NCBI GenBank assembly: GCA_051294375.1
Contig: CM119263.1
Location: 18,004,628 to 18,068,627, forward strand
Reading direction: 5' to 3'
From: Paraspadella gotoi
Lineage: Eukaryota > Animalia > Chaetognatha
Length of the DNA stretch: 64,000 nucleotides
Positions 61,701 through 64,000 of this stretch are shown one piece after another (position 1 is the first letter of the stretch; every line of letters begins with the position of its first letter). The translations under genes and the position numbers were made by a program. The notes under the pieces were generated by a model. The model was not told where the DNA came from. It was given only the letters and a program-made list of their open reading frames with translations, and ran no database searches.

Positions 61701-63640
61701 CAAAGCCACTTTTACATACAAATTACGAATTAACATATTTTTCGATGTGTACATAAATTCGTGCACGTTTTTCATTTTCTGCAGCCTATCCATATCTTTT
61801 TGTGAAACGTCAGAATATTACCTGATTAATCATCGCTTATTACCATTAGTTAATAATTGTCATTCCGTAACGTAGCAACACAATTATATTGAAAATTCGC
61901 TAAAACGGTGAACAGCCAGACTGCGTCTCTATCTTTTGTAGAATTTTTGCGTCTCTATCTTTCAAAGACAATAAATGTTGACTGCTTTGATTCCCCTTTA
62001 AAAGCCTCTGTAATTTTCAGCCTTTAAAATTAGTTACCAATTTAGAATCCGTTCAAGCAACTACTACTAAAAGGTAATTCATACAATCCCTCGAAATTAC
62101 CCTTTCAAAAGCTCACCTCGCAAACTGCCCTTTGATGTCTCAACTCCGCCTCCAACTGCTCGCGTTTGCCGTCGGCAATGGAACGCGCCTCCGTCAAAGT
62201 CTCCACATTGGCGCGAAGTGATTCGAAGGCCTCTCGAAGAAGACCCCCGAGACCAGCAACGCCCTCTGGCGATTCGATACCGAGAGACGCCAGTTCCGAT
62301 GCCAGAATGTCGTTCTGGGCGGAGAGTCGCTCCTCAACTGTGCATAGTTGCTGAAGAATGGTAAATGATGTGAAATTTTAAAATTAGGTTAAAGGCTGGA
62401 GAGCATACCCTAGTTTCCAATAGAAGATCGTGTCAAATAAAAAAAATGAATGGAACTCAAAGAATTTTCCAATTTTAATTTGATCATTACTATTTATATC
62501 AAAATGATGCTTTAGACACTCAATGTTCCAATTTAAAAGGGCCATATCTCTATTTAAGTTGCTAATCTGAAACTAAAAGAAACGTTTAAACGACATAAAA
62601 AATTGGAAAATTCATAAATTTAACCGGGTCTTTAATTCACTGACAAAGAATAAAATAGTATAAAATCAATCCTATAGCCTGAACTTGCAAAAGTTTAAAT
62701 GAAATTAGGTTATTCCAATGAAAAAAAAAATAAAAACGGAACACAAAAGAAAAAAAAATAAGGAGACGACCATAATCTCTACAGGAGATTCGAGACGTCT
62801 CTGGCGACGAATAGAGCGCCATCGTTCCAACCTTGATTATCGTCTTTACAACAGACTTGTTCGACACCTAAACGATTATCGAAAATCGTTACGTTTGCAA
62901 TTTTAGAAACATTCCTTTAGTTAGGTGCCCACTTTATCTCACTTACTTTTTGTACTCGCTCCAACTCCTCCCTACGCTCCACGGCTTGTCGCTCGAGTGA
63001 CTTCACTGCCGCTTCCTTATCCCTGATCTCCGCTTCCGTCCGCTCCTTGCTTCTTTCCAACCGCTCCAGCTGCGAAGTCATCTCGTCTCCCCCGGAACGA
63101 AGAAGGCGCATTTCGGCTTCGAGGTCCTCGATTTGCTGGACGAGGTGGAGCTGGGTCGAGTGGGCCTGAAAGAAGGTTAAAAGGTAGAGAATTGTCATGG
63201 AATAATAGTAAATCGCTTTCAATCCAATCAATACGAATAACCACCTTGGGCGACTCCTTGGCGTGGTTCTTTAATTCTTCCTTAAGCCGATCCAATCGCT
63301 CCTCGTATTCCTCTCTCTCGGCTTCCCGTTCGATCGCCTGCTCCTCCATAAAGGCCTTGTCCGACCGGACTTGTTTCTCTAACGCCTCCACCTGTTGTGT
63401 CAGGTTGTCCACATCTCGACGGTTGTCCGTCTCCAGGGATTCGTATCTGAAAAGCAAAATACGTTTTCGCCATAATAAATCTCAGACAAATATTGCTTAG
63501 TCTTAACTCACTTATGTTGGAGATCGTCTATTTGTCTGACAAGAAGTTGGATCTGCTCGTCCCTGTTGGAAAGATCGTGGAAGCGTTGTCGTTCCAGCTC
63601 CTTCACCTCAATTGTCAAGCGTCGGGAGTCTTCGAGAAGG
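22000..63640 (-). CDS. PCNT/AKAP9: Pericentrin/AKAP9 (AKAP450)-family centrosomal coiled-coil scaffold, 5' end outside window, roughly 40 exons
   Basis: PACT domain KLQRLYGKYLRAESFRKALVYQKKYLLLLLG/GFQDCEQATLSMIAKMG...KFRSAVRTVIAVQRLR/FLVAKWQR; C-terminal DDYIRRLESLQHRLG; internal family motifs LEKQVRSDKAFMEEQAIEREAERE (63.3 kb), LLDEKNAEIDHLN (48.5 kb), LLNRVQKEG (30.4 kb). Stop at 22000-22002, AATAAA near 21665. Confidence 0.95.
22600..23030 (-). other. PACT domain-coding exons
   Basis: YGKYLRAESFRKALVYQKKYLLLLLGGFQDCE and FRSAVRTVIAVQRLRFLVAKW. Confidence 0.95.
27592..27737. repeat. 73-bp tandem duplication (2 copies)
   Basis: AAAAGGCAGCAGC...AGGAGAAAAGAGAG.AAAGAATAAGCCCC.GCAGA.CCAGCTGCAGACTC repeated at 27592 and 27665. 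Confidence 0.85.
27960..28076 (-). mobile_element. Short Helentron/HINE (DINE-1)-like element
   Basis: Minus strand: T-run, ATCGTCGCAA..TTGCGACGAT hairpin, (GTC)n microsatellite, T-run. A related copy lies at 36287-36370. Confidence 0.55.
31079..31159. repeat. (GA)n microsatellite
   Basis: About 36 perfect AG units. Confidence 0.95.
31493..31501 (-). other. Candidate 9-nt in-frame microexon (TLR) of PCNT/AKAP9
   Basis: cttccgtag|ACATTGAGG|gcaagt between two phase-0 exons, inside a long pyrimidine-rich intron. Confidence 0.45.
33284..33870. mobile_element. Foldback/MITE with long degenerate inverted arms filling a PCNT intron
   Basis: TTCGCATACGCCCATAT.TATACATAGAAAATGTCA (33393) vs TGACATTTTCTATGTATAAATATGGGCGTATGCGAA (33700); outer pair AAAATTCGAATAGT.GATCA vs TGATCAACTATTCGAATTTT. 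Confidence 0.75.
34357..34899 (-). CDS. Candidate alternative first coding exon of PCNT/AKAP9 (181 codons)
   Basis: ATG with no nearby upstream acceptor, open to a strong phase-0 GTAAGT donor compatible with the phase-0 PCNT exon at 34110 (KLDELQTQM). Confidence 0.6.
35551..38106 (-). CDS. Same-strand nested gene of unknown function in PCNT intron (exons 38106-37925, 37613-36591, 35686-35551)
   Basis: ATG..PKRSDPK|GTGGGT, cag|MPAKKN..(340 aa)..DSLS AG|GTAAGT, aag|..RRVSLGG*; phases are consistent; charged, low-complexity protein. Confidence 0.5.
35881..36209. mobile_element. ~330-bp MITE, TTAA-type ends (Kolobok-like)
   Basis: TAAGGCG...GTTCCGCCTTAA ends; same length, ends and internal motifs as 48818-49148. 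Confidence 0.55.
36287..36370 (-). mobile_element. Second HINE-like copy
   Basis: AAAAAGCGATCTATAATTT.GAA.GCCGAC...ATC.TCGCAA..TTGCGACGATAA shared with 27960-28076. Confidence 0.55.
40567..42963 (-). CDS. 2.4-kb coding exon (799 codons): candidate alternative first exon of PCNT/AKAP9 or single-exon nested gene
   Basis: Long ORF starting MDRSSESRP; possible weak phase-0 donor ATT|GTAAAT joining the phase-0 exon at 40364 (EELEARASHL). Confidence 0.7.
44689..45234 (-). CDS. Candidate alternative first coding exon of PCNT/AKAP9 (182 codons, Ser-rich)
   Basis: ATG to CAG|GTAGTA phase-0 donor; compatible with exon TKLLSEMEVL near 44020. Confidence 0.55.
45787..45804. promoter_or_regulatory. Perfect 18-bp palindrome of two AP-1-type sites
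   Basis: GATGAGTCATGACTCATC contains TGAGTCA and TGACTCA; ~550 bp upstream of the internal ATG at 45234. Confidence 0.45.
48818..49148. mobile_element. ~330-bp MITE, second copy
   Basis: TAAGGCGG...TGTTCCGCCTTAA; homologous to 35881-36209. Confidence 0.55.
49417..52687 (-). CDS. Same-strand nested gene of unknown function (~1000 aa, Ser-rich, Cys motifs) in PCNT intron
   Basis: MATRSPIF.. exon, a 729-codon ORF ending AG|GTAAGC, in-frame join to 49893-49417 with its own stop and AATAAA near 49400. The first intron boundaries are uncertain. Confidence 0.7.
53511..53547 (-). ncRNA. Minimal type-I hammerhead ribozyme
   Basis: CTGATGA-AGACTC-GAAAAACAA-GAGTC-GAAAC-ATGTC: intact core, stem II GACTC/GAGTC, palindromic stem III, GUC cleavage triplet; stem I is weak. 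Confidence 0.8.
54151..54187 (+). ncRNA. Minimal type-I hammerhead ribozyme (inverted twin)
   Basis: Identical core CTGATGAAGACTCGAAAAACAAGAGTCGAAACATGTC. Confidence 0.8.
54873..55026. mobile_element. 154-bp palindrome with a hammerhead motif (54921-54954 minus) and a half motif on plus
   Basis: About 60-bp arms; minus strand CCGATGA-AGGC..GCC-GAAAC-ATGTC; plus strand CCGAAACATGTC. Confidence 0.75.
55725..55802. repeat. Interrupted (GA)n microsatellite
   Basis: GA units punctuated by AA. Confidence 0.9.
58092..61389 (+). CDS. Ionotropic glutamate receptor-family subunit lacking the amino-terminal domain (~500 aa, 11 exons), antisense in a PCNT intron
   Basis: Signal peptide MHSPFILSVLSVLVKIASG; S1 ITTILNEPFMM..DGKYGA..WTGMIGEV..ADLTMTQKRSEVLDFNMPYL; M1; LWFAFSNLCWQG; PKSLSGRV..FWW; S2 GGSTYQFFK..ILEG..CDL..YAFAL..KWW..C; M4 NVAVPFGILVLG..LE; stop 61387-61389. 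All introns are GT-AG and in phase. Confidence 0.93.
59574..59659 (+). pseudogene. tRNA-Leu copy (anticodon GAG) with encoded 3' CCA; probably non-functional
   Basis: GGTGGCGTGGTCGTTAGTGGTCTAAGGCCTGGTTTGAGGCACCAGTCTCTTCGGAGGCGTGGGTTTGAATCTCACAGCTGCCA-CCA aligns with eukaryotic tRNA-Leu(AAG). T-loop TTC>TTT, indels around the D arm, acceptor-stem mismatch, no oligo-T terminator. Confidence 0.85.
59663..59983 (-). mobile_element. LTR-like segment abutting the tRNA 3' end
   Basis: On the minus strand: CCAAT boxes, GATATAAG, AATAAA, ending ..CCTTCA, 3 nt, then TGGTGGCAGC (PBS-like). The distal boundary is uncertain. Confidence 0.4.
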
Positions 63641-64000
63641 GCTGCGGGTTGAGAGCGATTGAGAAAGTGGGTGAGGAGAGAGAATTGCGGTATTGAGATA
63701 TAGAAAAGAAGTGGGCGTGGGGTTCCAATGAAGTGGGTCCGATGGACGTTTCAAGGATGGGATGAGGGAAAAACAAATAACAAAAAAATTCATCACGAGT
63801 GAATCTTCGGTCATGCAACGTCGTCAGACGCGAATCTTAACAAAAACATCTTTATGAAACTGGAGGGAAATTGCCAAACAAGCCAGGTTATATTTTTTTT
63901 TCGGGCATTTTCCCAAAGGATTTCTAATACACGCGCTGATTTGAGTCAACCAAATCGGCCCAATTAATTTCGCGCCATACATGAGAACGAACAACGTTAA

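Overview
AT-rich, intron-dense genomic DNA from an invertebrate animal (short spliceosomal introns, GA microsatellites; organism not identifiable from sequence alone). Genes in order: 3' end of CFAP61 (+); a complete TACC gene (-) with a 3.4 kb exon of amplified GSYN..NPF..NSP repeats; an unknown low-complexity gene with a THEG-like motif (-); a degenerate CAP-domain/mucin secreted protein (-); and about 42 kb of a pericentrin/AKAP9 ortholog (-, PACT domain, 5' end outside the window). The pericentrin introns hold three candidate alternative first exons, two same-strand nested ORF sets, a candidate 9-nt microexon, and an antisense nested ionotropic glutamate receptor. That receptor has no ATD, a Trp at the Q/R site and a rewritten M3 gate (SFTAGATNY). 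One of its introns contains a full-length tRNA-Leu copy with encoded CCA fused to an LTR-like segment. A graded series of palindromic elements carrying Penelope-type minimal hammerhead ribozyme motifs is scattered across the window. Gene models were traced by eye and family calls come from recalled motifs, not database searches.
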